Shown here one piece after another: positions 19,701 to 32,104 of a DNA stretch of 64,000 nt (the first letter of the stretch is position 1; the number at the start of each line of letters is the position of its first letter). The DNA comes from an uncultured Gammaproteobacteria bacterium (GTDB taxonomy: Bacteria > Pseudomonadota > Gammaproteobacteria > UBA4575). The translations under genes were made by a program, and so were the position numbers. The notes under the pieces were generated by a model. It made no database searches, was not told where the DNA came from, and worked only from the letters and a program-made list of their open reading frames with translations. The stretch is taken from assembly GCA_905479295.1 (NCBI GenBank), contig CAJQLY010000002.1, forward strand, positions 7,812 through 71,811. The letters run 5' to 3'.

Positions 19701-20441
19701 TTAAATGCAGCTGTTCAAGTCGCCATGTTGTGCCTGAAGTAGGCTAAGTAATGAAATAACCGCAGTCTCTAAGCGTAGGATGCGCGGCCCCATTCTTATA
19801 GGCTGGAAGTCATGCTGTTCAGCTAATACGACTTCATCTGGATTAAAGCCACCTTCAGGACCAATCAGACAGCTGATGCTTTGTACCGTCTGTGTCGGTG
19901 TATGTGCGCGAGTTGCGGTTGGTGAGGCAATTAACTTCAGACTATCACTGGAACAGCTGAGTAAGGCTTGCTGAAACGGTACCGGTTGATTTAGTTGTGG
20001 CAGCTTGGCGCGGCCAGATTGTTCACAAGCGCTTTGAATGACACCTTGCCAATGTGCAATTTTTTTCTCTAAGCGATTGGCGGGTAGGTTGACGTTAACC
20101 CGTGAGCTGATGAAGGGTGTGATTTGTGTGACCCCAAGTTCAGTTGCCTTTTGTAGGCAGAGGTCAAATTTGTCGCCTGCACATAAGGGCTGTAATAGAT
20201 GCAGTTGTAAGGCTGATTCTGTATGGCTAGTTTGCGCTTGTTGCAGTTGTACGCACACACTTTTTTTCTGCACGTCTACCAGTTCAGCTGAATAGTCATT
20301 GCCATCACCATTAAACATAATGACCGGATGACCTGCGGTTAGACGCAGGACGTCACGAACATATTTGGCGATACCATCATTCAGTTCAATTATGGTATCT
20401 GCACGCAACTCTGCAGTTGTAAAAATTCTAGAGATGCGCAC
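19701..20441 (-). CDS. rsmE: 16S rRNA m3U1498 methyltransferase
   Basis: QKATELGV, ACEQSGR, IGPEGGF, GPRILRLETA. Confidence 0.96.
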   Translation of the reverse strand: MRISRIFTTAELRADTIIELNDGIAKYVRDVLRLTAGHPVIMFNGDGNDYSAELVDVQKKSVCVQLQQAQTSHTESALQLHLLQPLCAGDKFDLCLQKATELGVTQITPFISSRVNVNLPANRLEKKIAHWQGVIQSACEQSGRAKLPQLNQPVPFQQALLSCSSDSLKLIASPTATRAHTPTQTVQSISCLIGPEGGFNPDEVVLAEQHDFQPIRMGPRILRLETAVISLLSLLQAQHGDLNSCI

Positions 20442-20469
20442 AGCAGGCTAATTTTAGCAGGGTAGAAGT

Positions 20470-21783
20470 TTAGTAGCGGTAGTGGTTGGCTTTGTATGGG
20501 CCAGCAACGTTAAGGCCTAAGTAGTCTGCCTGTTCTTTACTTAAGGCAGTCAGTTTCACGCCAATCTGTTCTAAGTGTAGGCGTGCGACCTCTTCATCCA
20601 GATGCTTCGGTAGGATGTAGACCTGATTTTGATAGTCGTCTTCATGTTCCCAAAGTTCTAGCTGCGCTAAGACTTGGTTGGTGAAAGAGTTCGACATAAC
20701 AAAGCTTGGGTGGCCAGTGCCACAGCCAAGGTTCACTAGGCGGCCTTTGGCTAGCAGGATGATACGTTTGCCATCAGGGAAGATTACGTGATCGACCTGT
20801 GGCTTAATCTCATCCCATTCATAGTTTTCAAGGCTGGCGACATCAATCTCATTATCAAAATGACCGATGTTACAAACGATTGCTTGGTTTTTCATTGCAA
20901 GCATATGGTCATGGGTGATGACGTTATAGTTGCCGGTAGCGGTAACAAAGATATCGGCATCGCCACAAGCATCATTCATGGTGACTACGCGGTAGCCTTC
21001 CATTGCAGCCTGTAGTGCACAGATAGGATCGATCTCGGTGACCCAGACGGTAGCGCCTAGACCACGCAAGGACTGTGCAGAACCTTTGCCGACATCACCA
21101 TAGCCACAGACGATGGCAATCTTGCCAGCAATCATCACATCGGTAGCACGTTTGATACCATCGACTAATGATTCACGGCAGCCGTATAGATTATCAAATT
21201 TTGACTTGGTGACGGAATCATTGACATTGATTGCTGGAATCAATAACTCATCCTTTTCAAGCATTTCGTACAGGCGCATAACACCGGTAGTGGTTTCTTC
21301 AGAAACACCTTTGACATCAGCTAGTAGTTCTGGGTATTTATCATGCAGAACCTTAGTCAGGTCGCCGCCATCATCTAATAAGAGATTAGGCTTCCAACCT
21401 TTAGGGGCATGGATGGTGCGCTCTATGCACCACTCGTATTCTTCTTCAGTTTCACCTTTCCAAGCAAACACTGGGATACCAGCTTGAGCCATTGCTGCCG
21501 CTGCATGATCTTGTGTTGAGAAAATATTACAAGAAGACCAGCGCACTTCGGCACCCAGCTCAATAAGGGTTTCGATTAGTACCGCTGTCTGAATGGTCAT
21601 ATGTAGGCAACCTAGGATACGGGCGCCTTGTAATGGTTTCTTTGCGGCATGTTTTGTACGCAAGGCTATTAGCCCGGGCATCTCAGTTTCAGCGATGGCG
21701 ATTTCTTTACGACCCCAGTCGGCAAGCGATAGGTCAGCAACTTTAAAATCTTCCATATGGTCGTGCAGCGATTCAATATTCAT
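20470..21783 (-). CDS. ahcY: Adenosylhomocysteinase
   Basis: [46 protein letters not shown]. Confidence 0.98.
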   Translation of the reverse strand: MNIESLHDHMEDFKVADLSLADWGRKEIAIAETEMPGLIALRTKHAAKKPLQGARILGCLHMTIQTAVLIETLIELGAEVRWSSCNIFSTQDHAAAAMAQAGIPVFAWKGETEEEYEWCIERTIHAPKGWKPNLLLDDGGDLTKVLHDKYPELLADVKGVSEETTTGVMRLYEMLEKDELLIPAINVNDSVTKSKFDNLYGCRESLVDGIKRATDVMIAGKIAIVCGYGDVGKGSAQSLRGLGATVWVTEIDPICALQAAMEGYRVVTMNDACGDADIFVTATGNYNVITHDHMLAMKNQAIVCNIGHFDNEIDVASLENYEWDEIKPQVDHVIFPDGKRIILLAKGRLVNLGCGTGHPSFVMSNSFTNQVLAQLELWEHEDDYQNQVYILPKHLDEEVARLHLEQIGVKLTALSKEQADYLGLNVAGPYKANHYRY

Positions 21784-21823
21784 ATCTATAATTCTCTACG
21801 GGTAGTGGCTTTTAGGGTTAGCT

Positions 21824-22975
21824 TTAAGCCTGTTGTAGTGCATCTACTTTGTCTGTTTTTTCCCAACTAAATTCAGGCTCGGTACGACCAAAGTGACCGT
21901 AACTCGCAGTGTTGCGATAAATAGGGCGTTTTAGGTTGAGCATATTCAAGATGCCATAAGGGCTTAAATCGAACACCTCATTTACAATCGCCTCTAACTT
22001 TTCATCGCCTATGATACCAGTGCCGAAGGTGTTTATAGAAATAGAAGTGGGCTTGGCGACACCGATTGCATAGGACACCTGGATTTCACAGCGCTGAGCA
22101 AGGCCTGCAGCAACGATATTTTTCGCTACATAACGGCCGGCATAGGCGGCTGAACGGTCGACTTTACTTGGATCTTTGCCAGAGAAAGCCCCGCCACCAT
22201 GGCGTGCCATGCCGCCATAGGTATCGACAATAATCTTACGTCCAGTCAGACCACAGTCACCAACGGGGCCACCGATAACGAATTTACCGGTCGGGTTAAT
22301 ATGGAACTGAGTGTCTTTATTTATCCATGCGCTGTCTAAAACAGGTTTAATGATCTGTTCAAGAACTGCTTCTTTTAAATCTTTCTGGCTGATTTCTGGG
22401 CTATGTTGTGTCGATAGCACTACTGCATCAATGCTGGTCGGTTGATTGTCTTCGTAGCGAAAGGTGATCTGACTCTTGGCATCTGGACGTAACCAGGACA
22501 ATTCACCGGACTTGCGTAATTCTGCCTGACGTTTCACTAAGCGGTGGGCATAAGTGATGGGGGCTGGCATTAAGACATCGGTCTCGTTGCTGGCGTAGCC
22601 AAACATTAGGCCTTGGTCACCAGCGCCTTGGCTCTCTTCAGTATCACGATCGACACCCTGTGCGATATCGACAGACTGTTCACCTAGGGCATTAATCACT
22701 GCGCAGGTGTGGCCATCAAAGCCCTTTTCGGTATGGTCATAGCCGATCTCATTGATAACGTTGCGGACTATTGGCTCGACATCGATGCTTGCGCTAGTGG
22801 AAATTTCACCTGCGAGTATGACCATGCCGGTCTTCACTAGGGTCTCACAAGCGACTCTGGCATTCGGGTCCTGCTCTAAGATGGCGTCTAGAATTGCATC
22901 GGAGACTTGATCTGCAATCTTATCTGGATGACCCTCAGAAACTGATTCTGATGTAAAGCTATATCGACTACTCAT
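21824..22975 (-). CDS. metK: S-adenosylmethionine synthetase
   Basis: [26 protein letters not shown]. Confidence 0.98.
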   Translation of the reverse strand: MSSRYSFTSESVSEGHPDKIADQVSDAILDAILEQDPNARVACETLVKTGMVILAGEISTSASIDVEPIVRNVINEIGYDHTEKGFDGHTCAVINALGEQSVDIAQGVDRDTEESQGAGDQGLMFGYASNETDVLMPAPITYAHRLVKRQAELRKSGELSWLRPDAKSQITFRYEDNQPTSIDAVVLSTQHSPEISQKDLKEAVLEQIIKPVLDSAWINKDTQFHINPTGKFVIGGPVGDCGLTGRKIIVDTYGGMARHGGGAFSGKDPSKVDRSAAYAGRYVAKNIVAAGLAQRCEIQVSYAIGVAKPTSISINTFGTGIIGDEKLEAIVNEVFDLSPYGILNMLNLKRPIYRNTASYGHFGRTEPEFSWEKTDKVDALQQA

Positions 22976-23199
22976 ACTACTACGTCCCTTTAGAAAATCT
23001 GTATCAGTGACTATTTAGATCGGATGTTATTGGCTGGGTGGGATGTGGCGAAGTGCTTGCTACTTCTCAATTATTTTATTCAGGCGCGAGTATACAATGC
23101 TGTGCCGGGCACTGGAATACTACACTTGGGTTGGTGTACTGATTTTACAATAGGTTTCCTTGTATGCTGAGATGAACATAAAGTAAGGATGGATAGGGT

Positions 23200-23760
23200 A
23201 TGGCAAAAACAGCTTCTAGGATGATTCCTCTAGGGACGATAGCACCTAAATTCGAGCTTTTCGATGTTGTATCGCAGGAGATGAGGGGTTTTGACCGACT
23301 TGTTGGTGCAGCGGCTACGGTCGTTATGTTTATCTGTAATCACTGCCCTTTTGTCCACCATGTGCGACCAGAGCTGGTGGCAATGTCTGATGAATATCAG
23401 AACAAGGGTGTGCAATTCATCGCAATCAATTCAAATGATGTACAACATTACCCTGATGATTCTCCGGCATTAATGCAGGTTGAGGCGACTGAGCAGGGTT
23501 ATCACTTTCCTTATCTTTATGATGAAGAGCAAACAGTGGCACGGGCCTATGGTGCTGAATGCACACCAGATTTCTTTGTTTTTGATGCGCAGCAAGCCTG
23601 TGTCTACCGTGGTCAGCTAGATGATTCTCGTCCGGGTAATGACGTCATTTTAAGTGGCTCAGATTTGCGTGCAGCACTGAATAATATATTGGCTCAGATT
23701 CCGGTCGATGCCAACCAAAAGCCTAGTATTGGTTGTAATATTAAGTGGAAGCAGACTTAA
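23200..23760 (+). CDS. Thioredoxin-fold AhpC/TSA (redoxin) family protein
   Basis: MFICNHCPFV, YPDDSP, YGAECTPDFF, YRGQLDDSRP, PSIGCNIKW. Confidence 0.9.
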   Translation: MAKTASRMIPLGTIAPKFELFDVVSQEMRGFDRLVGAAATVVMFICNHCPFVHHVRPELVAMSDEYQNKGVQFIAINSNDVQHYPDDSPALMQVEATEQGYHFPYLYDEEQTVARAYGAECTPDFFVFDAQQACVYRGQLDDSRPGNDVILSGSDLRAALNNILAQIPVDANQKPSIGCNIKWKQT

Positions 23761-23795
23761 ACGACGATTATGTCGCTTTAGCCCACTGCTTAAGC

Positions 23796-23824
23796 TTGCG
23801 GCTGACTAGTAAGTCATGGAAAAT
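23796..23824 (+). promoter_or_regulatory. Putative sigma70 promoter of the tkt operon
   Basis: TTGCGG-17 bp-GAAAAT; the spacer contains the palindrome TGACT-AGTA-AGTCA. Confidence 0.45.
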
Positions 23825-23950
23825 ACTCGCCGCCAAACCCATTGCCGTAGACCCCTTATATAAGGTGTCGCGATCAGCAGCGTAAATAGACGTTGATCGA
23901 GTCCTAACTGACTGCTGCAGTCACTATTAACCTCAACCGAAATTGAGATT

Positions 23951-25942
23951 GTGGAAAACCGAAAAGAGCTAGCAAACGCTATACGTGCCCTCAGTATGGA
24001 TGCTGTGCAGAAGGCGAATTCTGGTCACCCTGGTGCCCCTATGGGCATGGCTGATATTGCTGAAGTGTTGTGGCGTAAGTATTTACGGCATAACCCAAAC
24101 GACCCTAAATGGCCTAACCGCGACCGATTTGTCCTGTCTAATGGTCATGGATCGATGCTGATTTACTCTTTGCTGCATTTGAGCGGCTACGAGTTGAGCA
24201 TTGATGATATTAAAGATTTTCGCCAGCTGCATTCAAAAACCCCAGGTCATCCAGAAGTGGATGAAACACCGGGTGTTGAAACGACTACTGGTCCGTTAGG
24301 CCAGGGTTTAGCTAATGCCGTCGGTATGGCAATGGCAGAAAAGATTCTTGCGCAGCAGTTTAACCAAGAGGGGCATGAAGTTGTTGATCACTATACTTAC
24401 GTGTTTGTTGGTGACGGCTGTTTAATGGAAGGGGTGTCACATGAAGTGTCCTCTTTAGCCGGTACATTGAACCTGGGTAAGTTGATTGTCTTTTATGACA
24501 ACAATGGCATTTCAATCGATGGCGAGGTTGATGGTTGGTTTACTGAAGACATTCCAAAACGCTTTGAATCGTATGGCTGGCAAGTTGTCCGTGATGTCGA
24601 TGGTCATGATGCCGCCGATGTCGAGCAGGCAATTGAGCAGGCTCGTAGTAATACTCAGCAACCAACATTAATCGATTGTAAAACAATTATTGGTTGGGGT
24701 TCGCCGAACAAGCAGGGTGACGAAGGCTGTCATGGTGCCCCATTAGGTGACGAAGAAATTAAGCTGGCACGGGAGGTTATGAACTGGCCACATGCGCCGT
24801 TTGAGATTCCTCAGACAGTCGCTAAGGCTTGGGATGCACGCCCTGCAGGTGCTGTGCAACAGCAAGCTTGGCAAGAAAAGTTTGATGCTTATGCTGCCGC
24901 TCACCAAGAGTTATCGGCTGAATTCACACGCCGTTTGCAAGGGCTGTTACCAGCAGAATGGCAGACAGCCATGATGACTGCGATTGAAGCGACGGTTGCC
25001 GAGGGCAAGACTGTGGCGACACGTAAGGCCTCTGAATTAGCTTTGAATGCATTAGGGCCTATACTACCTGAATTATTGGGTGGCTCTGCTGACCTAACTG
25101 GCTCCAATAATACTTGGTGGCAAGGCTGTAAATCGATTACTGCAAACGATGCCTCTGGTAACTATATTCATTATGGTGTGCGCGAATTTGGTATGTCGGC
25201 GATTATGAATGGTATCGCACTGTACGGTGGGTTCATTCCTTATAGCGGTACCTTCCTAACGTTTTCTGATTACGCCCGTAACGCGGTACGTATGTCCGCA
25301 TTGATGAATACACACTGTCTGTTTGTATACAGTCATGATTCAGTCGGTCTAGGTGAAGACGGCCCTACTCATCAACCGGTAGAGCATGTTGCTAGTTTGC
25401 GTGGCATTCCTAATATGACCCTATGGCGTCCCTGTGACACAGTGGAATCGTTGGTTGCATGGAAGACAGCGGTTGAAGCCAAGCGTCCGGCTTGTTTAAT
25501 CCTTTCACGTCAAGGTGTGCCGTTTATTCCTCGAGCGCAAAAGCAAATTGATGCGATTGCTCGTGGTGGTTATGTATTGTTTGAAAGTGAAAATGAGCTA
25601 CAGGTCATTATTATCGCAACTGGAACTGAAGTCGGTATCGCACTAGAAGCTGCACAGCAGCTTGCTGAGCAAAATGTAGGTGTGCGATTAGTGTCTATGC
25701 CTAGCGCTGAGACCTTCAGTATGCAAAGTGATGACTACCGTGAGCAGGTGTTACCAATGGCCATGCGTGCACGTCTAGCTGTTGAAGCGGGAACTAGTGA
25801 CTATTGGCGTAAGTTTGTTGGTATCGATGGTGACGTTATTGGAGTTGATCAGTTTGGTGCATCAGCACCAGGCCCAGTGCTGATGAAGCACTATGGTTTC
25901 ACTATTGAAAACATTGTGCAGCGCGCACAAAAACTAATTTAA
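23951..25942 (+). CDS. tkt: Transketolase
   Basis: [34 protein letters not shown]. Confidence 0.98.
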   Translation: MENRKELANAIRALSMDAVQKANSGHPGAPMGMADIAEVLWRKYLRHNPNDPKWPNRDRFVLSNGHGSMLIYSLLHLSGYELSIDDIKDFRQLHSKTPGHPEVDETPGVETTTGPLGQGLANAVGMAMAEKILAQQFNQEGHEVVDHYTYVFVGDGCLMEGVSHEVSSLAGTLNLGKLIVFYDNNGISIDGEVDGWFTEDIPKRFESYGWQVVRDVDGHDAADVEQAIEQARSNTQQPTLIDCKTIIGWGSPNKQGDEGCHGAPLGDEEIKLAREVMNWPHAPFEIPQTVAKAWDARPAGAVQQQAWQEKFDAYAAAHQELSAEFTRRLQGLLPAEWQTAMMTAIEATVAEGKTVATRKASELALNALGPILPELLGGSADLTGSNNTWWQGCKSITANDASGNYIHYGVREFGMSAIMNGIALYGGFIPYSGTFLTFSDYARNAVRMSALMNTHCLFVYSHDSVGLGEDGPTHQPVEHVASLRGIPNMTLWRPCDTVESLVAWKTAVEAKRPACLILSRQGVPFIPRAQKQIDAIARGGYVLFESENELQVIIIATGTEVGIALEAAQQLAEQNVGVRLVSMPSAETFSMQSDDYREQVLPMAMRARLAVEAGTSDYWRKFVGIDGDVIGVDQFGASAPGPVLMKHYGFTIENIVQRAQKLI

Positions 25943-25969
25943 TTTTAAGAGATATAAGGAAGATAGATC

Positions 25970-26983
25970 ATGACAATTAGAGTCGCTATTAACGGCTATG
26001 GCCGCATTGGACGAAACATCCTACGTGCTTTATATGAAGCAGGTCGTACTGATGAAATTAAAATCGTTGCGATCAATGATTTGGGTGATGCTGCAACTAA
26101 TGCGCATTTAACTAAGTTCGATACAGCACATGGCACGTTTAACCATGATGTTAGCTTGGACGGTGATGACATCGTGATTGATGGTGATCGTATTAAGGCT
26201 TGTTGTGAACGTGATCCATCTAAGTTGCCATGGAAAGCGCTTGAGGTTGATGTTGTGCTTGAGTCTACTGGTTTCTTTGCTAGTAAAGAAAAGGCCTCAG
26301 CACATTTAGTTGCTGGTGCAAAGAAAGTTGTGATCTCAGCGCCAGGCGGCAGTGATGTCGATGCCACTATTGTCTATGGTGTTAACCATGACTTACTAAA
26401 AGCTTCAGATACTGTTATTTCAAATGCATCTTGTACTACTAACTGTTTGGCACCTTTAGTCAAAACGTTGAACGACGGTATTGGTGTTGAGTGTGGTCTG
26501 ATGACTACGATTCATGCTTACACTAATGATCAAGTGCTGACTGATGTCTATCACTCTGACTTGCGTCGTGCGCGTTCTGCTACCCAATCAATGATTCCAA
26601 CTAAGACCGGTGCGGCAGCAGCAGTTGGTTTAGTATTGCCAGAAATGAATGGCAAGCTTGATGGTTTTTCTATGCGCGTACCAACCATTAATGTCTCTGT
26701 TGTTGATCTGAGCTTTACTGCTTCGCGTAATACGACAGAAGAAGAAATCAATGAAGTAATGAAGACAGCAGCTACTGGTTCAATGAAAGGTGTTTTGGAT
26801 TATAACACGCTGCCATTGGTGTCATGTGATTTTAATCATAACCCTGCATCATCAGTATTTGATGCGAGTCTGACTAAGGTGATGAACGGTAACCTTGTGA
26901 AAGTTTTATCTTGGTATGACAACGAGTGGGGTTTCTCAAACCGTATGCTTGATACTACGATTGCTTTGATGAACGCAAAGTAA
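25970..26983 (+). CDS. gap: Type I glyceraldehyde-3-phosphate dehydrogenase
   Basis: [24 protein letters not shown]. Confidence 0.97.
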   Translation: MTIRVAINGYGRIGRNILRALYEAGRTDEIKIVAINDLGDAATNAHLTKFDTAHGTFNHDVSLDGDDIVIDGDRIKACCERDPSKLPWKALEVDVVLESTGFFASKEKASAHLVAGAKKVVISAPGGSDVDATIVYGVNHDLLKASDTVISNASCTTNCLAPLVKTLNDGIGVECGLMTTIHAYTNDQVLTDVYHSDLRRARSATQSMIPTKTGAAAAVGLVLPEMNGKLDGFSMRVPTINVSVVDLSFTASRNTTEEEINEVMKTAATGSMKGVLDYNTLPLVSCDFNHNPASSVFDASLTKVMNGNLVKVLSWYDNEWGFSNRMLDTTIALMNAK

Positions 26984-26994
26984 GTTAATCGATA

Positions 26995-28185
26995 ATGTCC
27001 TCAGTAACGCATATGAATGAACTTGAATTGGCTGCTAAGCGTGTGCTGATTCGAGAAGATCTTAATGTTCCTGTGAAAGATGGCGTGATCAGTAATGACG
27101 CACGTATTCGTGCTGCCTTGCCAAGCATACAAGCTGCCTTGGATGCTGGTGCAGCAGTGATGTTGATGTCACATTTAGGTCGCCCAACAGAGGGTGAGTA
27201 TTCTGCTGAGTATTCATTACAACCAGTAGCTGATGCCTTGAGCAAGGCCTTGAATCGTCAAGTGCCTTTAGTCCGTGATTGGATTGATGGTGTAGATGTA
27301 GCTCCTGGTGATTTGGTATTGCTAGAGAACGTTCGTTTCTTGACGGGCGAGAAGAAATCATCTGCTGAGCTATCAAAAAAAATGGCTGCACTTTGCGATA
27401 TTTTTGTGATGGACGCCTTTGGTACTGCGCATAGGGCGCAGGCATCTACTCATGGTGTTGCAGAGTATGCCGACGAGGTATGTGCTGGCCCATTATTAAC
27501 AGCTGAACTTAATGCGTTAGAGCAAGCCTTGAAAAAACCTTCGCCACCGATGGTTGCGATTGTTGGTGGTTCTAAAGTGTCGACTAAGTTGGCCTTGCTT
27601 GAACAATTAATCGACCGAGTGGATCAGTTAGTTGTTGGTGGTGGTATTGCGAATACATTTATTGCAGCAGCAGGCTATTCGGTAGGTCAGTCTCTATATG
27701 AGGCTGATTTGGTGCCGGTAGCAGCGAAGCTGATTGAGCAGGCTAATGCACGCGGTGCACAGGTGCCGATACCGACTGATGTCGTTTGTGCTAAAGCATT
27801 TTCATCAGACGCCGCTGCTGAAGTTAAAGCGGTGAGTGATATTGCAGTAGATGATTTGGTTTTAGATATAGGCCCAGAAAGTGCGAAACATCTAGCGAGC
27901 TTGATGGCTGATGCCGGCACTATTGTTTGGAATGGGCCAGTTGGTGTTTTTGAATTTACACAGTTTGCAGATGGCACACGTGTACTCGGCGATGCAATTG
28001 CAAACAGTCAGGCGTTTTCGATTGCAGGTGGTGGTGATACTGTCGCTGCAATTGATAAATTTAATTTAAGTGAGAATATTTCTTATATCTCAACCGGCGG
28101 TGGTGCCTTCCTTGAGTTTTTAGAGGGAAAGACTTTACCGGCAGTTGATATTTTGCAAAAACGAAAAGGACAGCTCGTCACATGA
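26995..28185 (+). CDS. pgk: Phosphoglycerate kinase
   Basis: [35 protein letters not shown]. Confidence 0.98.
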   Translation: MSSVTHMNELELAAKRVLIREDLNVPVKDGVISNDARIRAALPSIQAALDAGAAVMLMSHLGRPTEGEYSAEYSLQPVADALSKALNRQVPLVRDWIDGVDVAPGDLVLLENVRFLTGEKKSSAELSKKMAALCDIFVMDAFGTAHRAQASTHGVAEYADEVCAGPLLTAELNALEQALKKPSPPMVAIVGGSKVSTKLALLEQLIDRVDQLVVGGGIANTFIAAAGYSVGQSLYEADLVPVAAKLIEQANARGAQVPIPTDVVCAKAFSSDAAAEVKAVSDIAVDDLVLDIGPESAKHLASLMADAGTIVWNGPVGVFEFTQFADGTRVLGDAIANSQAFSIAGGGDTVAAIDKFNLSENISYISTGGGAFLEFLEGKTLPAVDILQKRKGQLVT

Positions 28186-29645
28186 TGCAGCGTAGAACTA
28201 AGATTATCGCCACCCTAGGTCCGGCGACCGATGATGAGCAAGTAATTGCCGATATCATAGAGGCGGGTGTCAATTTAGTCCGGCTCAACTTCTCGCATGG
28301 TAGCTTTGATGAGCACCGTATTCGAGTAGAGCGTGTACGTAAAGTATGTGCTGAGAGGAATTACCATGTTGGTATCCTCGGTGATTTGCAAGGTGCAAAG
28401 ATTCGAGTAGGTCGATTTAAAGATGGCAAGATTATGCTGGCAGTAGGGGATGAATTTATCCTTGATGCAGATCTAGATTTAGATGCCGGTAATCAAGAAG
28501 TAGTGGGCTTAACTTATAAAGAATTGATTCAGGATATCGTTGTTGGCGATAAACTTTTATTAGACGATGGTCGTATTATTCTCGCGGTCGATGAGATTAC
28601 AGGCAATCGTGTTAAGACTACAGTTGATGTCGGTGGCGAGCTATCCAGTAGTAAGGGTATTAACCGCATGGGTGGTGGTCTTTCGGCAGCTGCACTGACT
28701 GAAAAAGATCGTGAAGATATATTGCATGCAGCAGCACTTGATGTTGATTATCTGGCGGTGTCTTTTGTTAAGACTGCCGATGATGTTTATCTAGCACGTA
28801 AGCTGCTACAAGAAGCCGGTGGTGATGCTGGTATCGTTGCTAAGATTGAGCGTGCAGAAGCACTCGACATGATTGATGAGATCATGGAAGCGTCAGAAGT
28901 TATTATGATTGCACGTGGTGATCTGGGTGTTGAGATTGGTGATGCTGATGTCCCTGGTGTGCAGAAGTCCTTGATCTCTAGAGCGCGAGAAACAAAGTGC
29001 TTAGTAATTACAGCAACACAGATGATGGAATCAATGATTACTAATACGATTCCAACACGTGCAGAGATGTCTGATGTGGCGAATGCTGTATTAGATGGAA
29101 CTGACGCTGTGATGTTATCAGGTGAGACTGCAGTAGGTGCTTATCCTGTTGAGGTGGTCGAAGCGATGAGTCGTGTGTGTCTAGCCTCTGAACGTCAAGA
29201 TTTGCTGCGATTTCAAACTGAACGCCATGAACCTAGTGTTGATCGCGTAGACGAAGGAATTGCAATGTCGGCTATGTTTTTAGCGAATCATTTAAATGTC
29301 ACTGCTATTGCAGCTCTGACTGAATCTGGTTCAACCGCTTTGTGGATGTCACGTATTAACTCAACTATTCCGGTGTATGCCTTTACACGTCATGTGAAAA
29401 GTTTACATCGTGTGACATTGTATCGTGGCGTCTTCCCAGCCTATTTGGACTTTATGGGTAAGACACATGCACAGGTGAATCGCTCTGCAATCGCTGTACT
29501 TCAGCGTTGTAATGAAGTGGAAGAGAATGACTTAGTGATTCTCACTAAGGGTGACTTGATTGGTGTTGATGGAGGGACTAATGCGATGAAGATATTGCGC
29601 GTTGGGCATCTGATTGAAGAAGAGAATGATCCAGAAAGTATTTAA
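28182..29645 (+). CDS. pyk: Pyruvate kinase
   Basis: [40 protein letters not shown]. Confidence 0.98.
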   Translation: MMQRRTKIIATLGPATDDEQVIADIIEAGVNLVRLNFSHGSFDEHRIRVERVRKVCAERNYHVGILGDLQGAKIRVGRFKDGKIMLAVGDEFILDADLDLDAGNQEVVGLTYKELIQDIVVGDKLLLDDGRIILAVDEITGNRVKTTVDVGGELSSSKGINRMGGGLSAAALTEKDREDILHAAALDVDYLAVSFVKTADDVYLARKLLQEAGGDAGIVAKIERAEALDMIDEIMEASEVIMIARGDLGVEIGDADVPGVQKSLISRARETKCLVITATQMMESMITNTIPTRAEMSDVANAVLDGTDAVMLSGETAVGAYPVEVVEAMSRVCLASERQDLLRFQTERHEPSVDRVDEGIAMSAMFLANHLNVTAIAALTESGSTALWMSRINSTIPVYAFTRHVKSLHRVTLYRGVFPAYLDFMGKTHAQVNRSAIAVLQRCNEVEENDLVILTKGDLIGVDGGTNAMKILRVGHLIEEENDPESI

Positions 29646-29709
29646 TCATTAGCCAATATGATATTTGTGATTATTATTTAAAGATTAAGATAGTGTTTGG
29701 GAGAGCAGA

Positions 29710-30717
29710 ATGAATATTGAAGAATTAAGACAGACCGCAAGTGCAATGGTTGCACTAGGTAAAGGTATTTTAGCGATGGATGAAAGTCATCCGACCTGTG
29801 GCAAGCGGTTCAAGGCGCTGGGTATTCCAGAGACAGCAGAGATGCGTCAGGCGTATCGCGATATGTTGCTGACTGCTCCGGGTCTATCAGACTACATTGG
29901 TGGTGCGATTTTATTTGATGAGACTATTCGTCAGACATTATTAGATGGCACACCTTTCCCTAAATACATGGAAGCTAACGGCATAGTGCCAGGTATTAAA
30001 GTGGATGCTGGTGCTAAGGTTTTGCCTGGGCATGAAGATGAAAAAATTACAGAAGGCCTTGATGGTCTGCGTGATCGTTTAGCTGAGTACTACACATTAG
30101 GCGCGCGTTTTTCAAAATGGCGTGCAGTCATTACCATCGGTGATCATATGCCGAGTTGGGCCTGTATTGAAGCAAATGCTCATGCCTTAGCGCGTTATGC
30201 TGCACTAAGCCAAGAGGCGAATATTGTGCCTATCGTTGAGCCAGAAGTACTGATGGATGGTAGTCATTCGATTGAACGTTGCTATGAAGTAACTGAGTTA
30301 GCACAGCGCATTACCTTTCAACAACTGCGCAATCAAGGTGTAGCATTAGACGGTATGATCTTGAAGCCTAGCATGGTGATCTCTGGTGCAAATGCCAGTA
30401 ATCGTGCCGATGTGGAAACGGTTGCACGTGAAACAGTGCGGTGCTTATTGAACACAGTTCCAGCATCAGTTGCAGGGATTTCTTTCTTGTCTGGTGGCCA
30501 AAGTGACGAAGAGGCTAGTGCACATCTGAATGCGATGCATAATCTAGGTGTTGATCTACCATGGCCTTTGACCTTTTCTTATGGTCGTGCACTGCAGCAA
30601 GCATCGATGAAGGCTTGGGATGGTAAGGCTGAGAATGTCACAAAAGCACAAGCGATATTGTTAGAGCGTGCAAGTAATAACGGTAAGGCAGCGATGGGTC
30701 AGTACAACCCAGAATAA
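29710..30717 (+). CDS. fba: Class I fructose-bisphosphate aldolase
   Basis: GKGILAMDES, PGIKVD, FSKWR, VPIVEPE, LKPSMV (Schiff-base Lys), FLSGGQS, TFSYGRALQ. Confidence 0.95.
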   Translation: MNIEELRQTASAMVALGKGILAMDESHPTCGKRFKALGIPETAEMRQAYRDMLLTAPGLSDYIGGAILFDETIRQTLLDGTPFPKYMEANGIVPGIKVDAGAKVLPGHEDEKITEGLDGLRDRLAEYYTLGARFSKWRAVITIGDHMPSWACIEANAHALARYAALSQEANIVPIVEPEVLMDGSHSIERCYEVTELAQRITFQQLRNQGVALDGMILKPSMVISGANASNRADVETVARETVRCLLNTVPASVAGISFLSGGQSDEEASAHLNAMHNLGVDLPWPLTFSYGRALQQASMKAWDGKAENVTKAQAILLERASNNGKAAMGQYNPE

Positions 30718-30735
30718 AGGTTGTTAGCTAGCTCT

Positions 30736-30763
30736 AAAAAAGGCCCGCATTGCGGGCCTTTTT
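30736..30763. terminator. Bidirectional Rho-independent terminator (fba/bioD)
   Basis: A6-GGCCCGC-ATT-GCGGGCC-T5. Confidence 0.9.
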
Positions 30764-30806
30764 ATGTCAGGAATATTTAGCAGTCATAGCTTATCTACTT
30801 CTTCAC

Positions 30807-31484
30807 TTAGCTGCGGATAATCTGTAATAACTTATCCAATGTGTTGGTGGCCTCGTTGGTATTGTAGGGCAGTACGGGTAGCTCTAATCTGGCACTTAAG
30901 TCCGCTAGGTTATCCATTGCGACATCCTCTTTGTCTACAGTCGGAATCTGATTAAAAATGACAGCAAGACACTTTAAGCCACGCGACTCAATTGCAGCTA
31001 AGCTGAGCAAGGCTTGATTAATACAACCTAAGCGATCACGTACAACCAAAAGTACTTGGGCCTGCATGGCTTCGGCTAAATCTGCATTGAGGCCATCGCT
31101 ACATAGTGGGGAATAAAATCCACCAGCACCTTCAACTAATAGCAGTTGATCTGAGGTATTACCTTGGCAAGCCGTCACTAGTTGTTGCACGCTGACAGTT
31201 TCATGTGCTAGTCGTATGGCGCGTTCAGGTGAGATGGCAGGTTCATAGCGATAACGACAGACCTCATCTAGTTCGCAGCTATCAGTACTTGCATTGTGAT
31301 AGGCGCTGACATAATTACTCGCGTCGGCCGGTAGTAGTGCCGTGCCTTGACGTTGGCAGCCAGACTCAATCGGTTTGCGCACACTCAGCTTAAGCCCAGC
31401 CTGTAATAATTTTTCTGTCAGGCGGGTGCCAATAAATGTCTTTCCGACGTCAGTGTCGGTCCCTGTGATAAAAATCGTTTTCAT
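30807..31484 (-). CDS. bioD: Dethiobiotin synthetase
   Basis: FITGTDTDVGKT, KPIESG, VEGAGG, LGCINQA. Confidence 0.95.
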   Translation of the reverse strand: MKTIFITGTDTDVGKTFIGTRLTEKLLQAGLKLSVRKPIESGCQRQGTALLPADASNYVSAYHNASTDSCELDEVCRYRYEPAISPERAIRLAHETVSVQQLVTACQGNTSDQLLLVEGAGGFYSPLCSDGLNADLAEAMQAQVLLVVRDRLGCINQALLSLAAIESRGLKCLAVIFNQIPTVDKEDVAMDNLADLSARLELPVLPYNTNEATNTLDKLLQIIRS

Positions 31485-31565
31485 AGGGTGACTAGTGTAA
31501 CGAAGAATGGCTTGGTCCTCAGCTAAATTAGTTTGAGAATCTCAAATAAGCGTATGCTATCCAGC

Positions 31566-32093
31566 ATGTTACTTAATCTATATCAGTCGATCATTCTCCA
31601 TTACATACTTATATTTATACTGAGTACCGCCTTGAGCCCAGCATGGGCTGCTGCTGGTATAGGTGATTGGAGTCAGATGTGGGATCGTGAACTAGATCTG
31701 ATCGAGGTCCAATTACTATTCAAGCAGCGAGATTGTGGTCTAACTGACGAGCTGTTTCATGAGGTTGCAGGGCTTGCAGAGTTAAATGAGGTGCTGCCTC
31801 AACAGCAGTTTTTAGCGCGGAACATAGCAGAGAAGCCTAAGGATAAACGTTGGTTCGTGATTGCTAGCGGACAAAAGCCAAACGGTGGCTATGATTTGAG
31901 TCTTGAAGGTTTGTATCCTTACGCAAAGCATAAGGAGCTGTCTTTGATTTGGAGTGAGCCACAGGCAGATCACATTTACACGCAAGCCTTAGTTAGCCCC
32001 TGCTTATTGATTGAATTGTCAGCAGGAGATCGCTTGCCAATCCTCGTGGTTGACTATGAGGGTAACAAGCGACACCGCTTTAATGCAGAGTAA
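31566..32093 (+). CDS. Exported protein with PrcB C-terminal-like domain
   Basis: Signal-like N-terminus (...AWAAA), GQKPNGGY.L, YTQALVSPCLLIEL; start codon uncertain. Confidence 0.65.
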   Translation: MLLNLYQSIILHYILIFILSTALSPAWAAAGIGDWSQMWDRELDLIEVQLLFKQRDCGLTDELFHEVAGLAELNEVLPQQQFLARNIAEKPKDKRWFVIASGQKPNGGYDLSLEGLYPYAKHKELSLIWSEPQADHIYTQALVSPCLLIELSAGDRLPILVVDYEGNKRHRFNAE

Positions 32094-32104
32094 TATCTTG
32101 TTGC

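Noticed and set aside
21784..23199. SAH or SAM riboswitch, or Met boxes, at ahcY/metK
   Set aside because: Only 40 nt precede ahcY, and upstream of metK I find no riboswitch consensus or convincing AGACGTCT tandem.
23816..23863. 15-codon uORF MENTRRQTHCRRPLI before tkt
   Set aside because: Its ATG lies within the predicted promoter and it has no RBS.
23899..23910. 12-mer GAGTCCTAACTG shared with 61164-61175
   Set aside because: One 12-bp match among intergenic regions of a 64-kb window is expected by chance.
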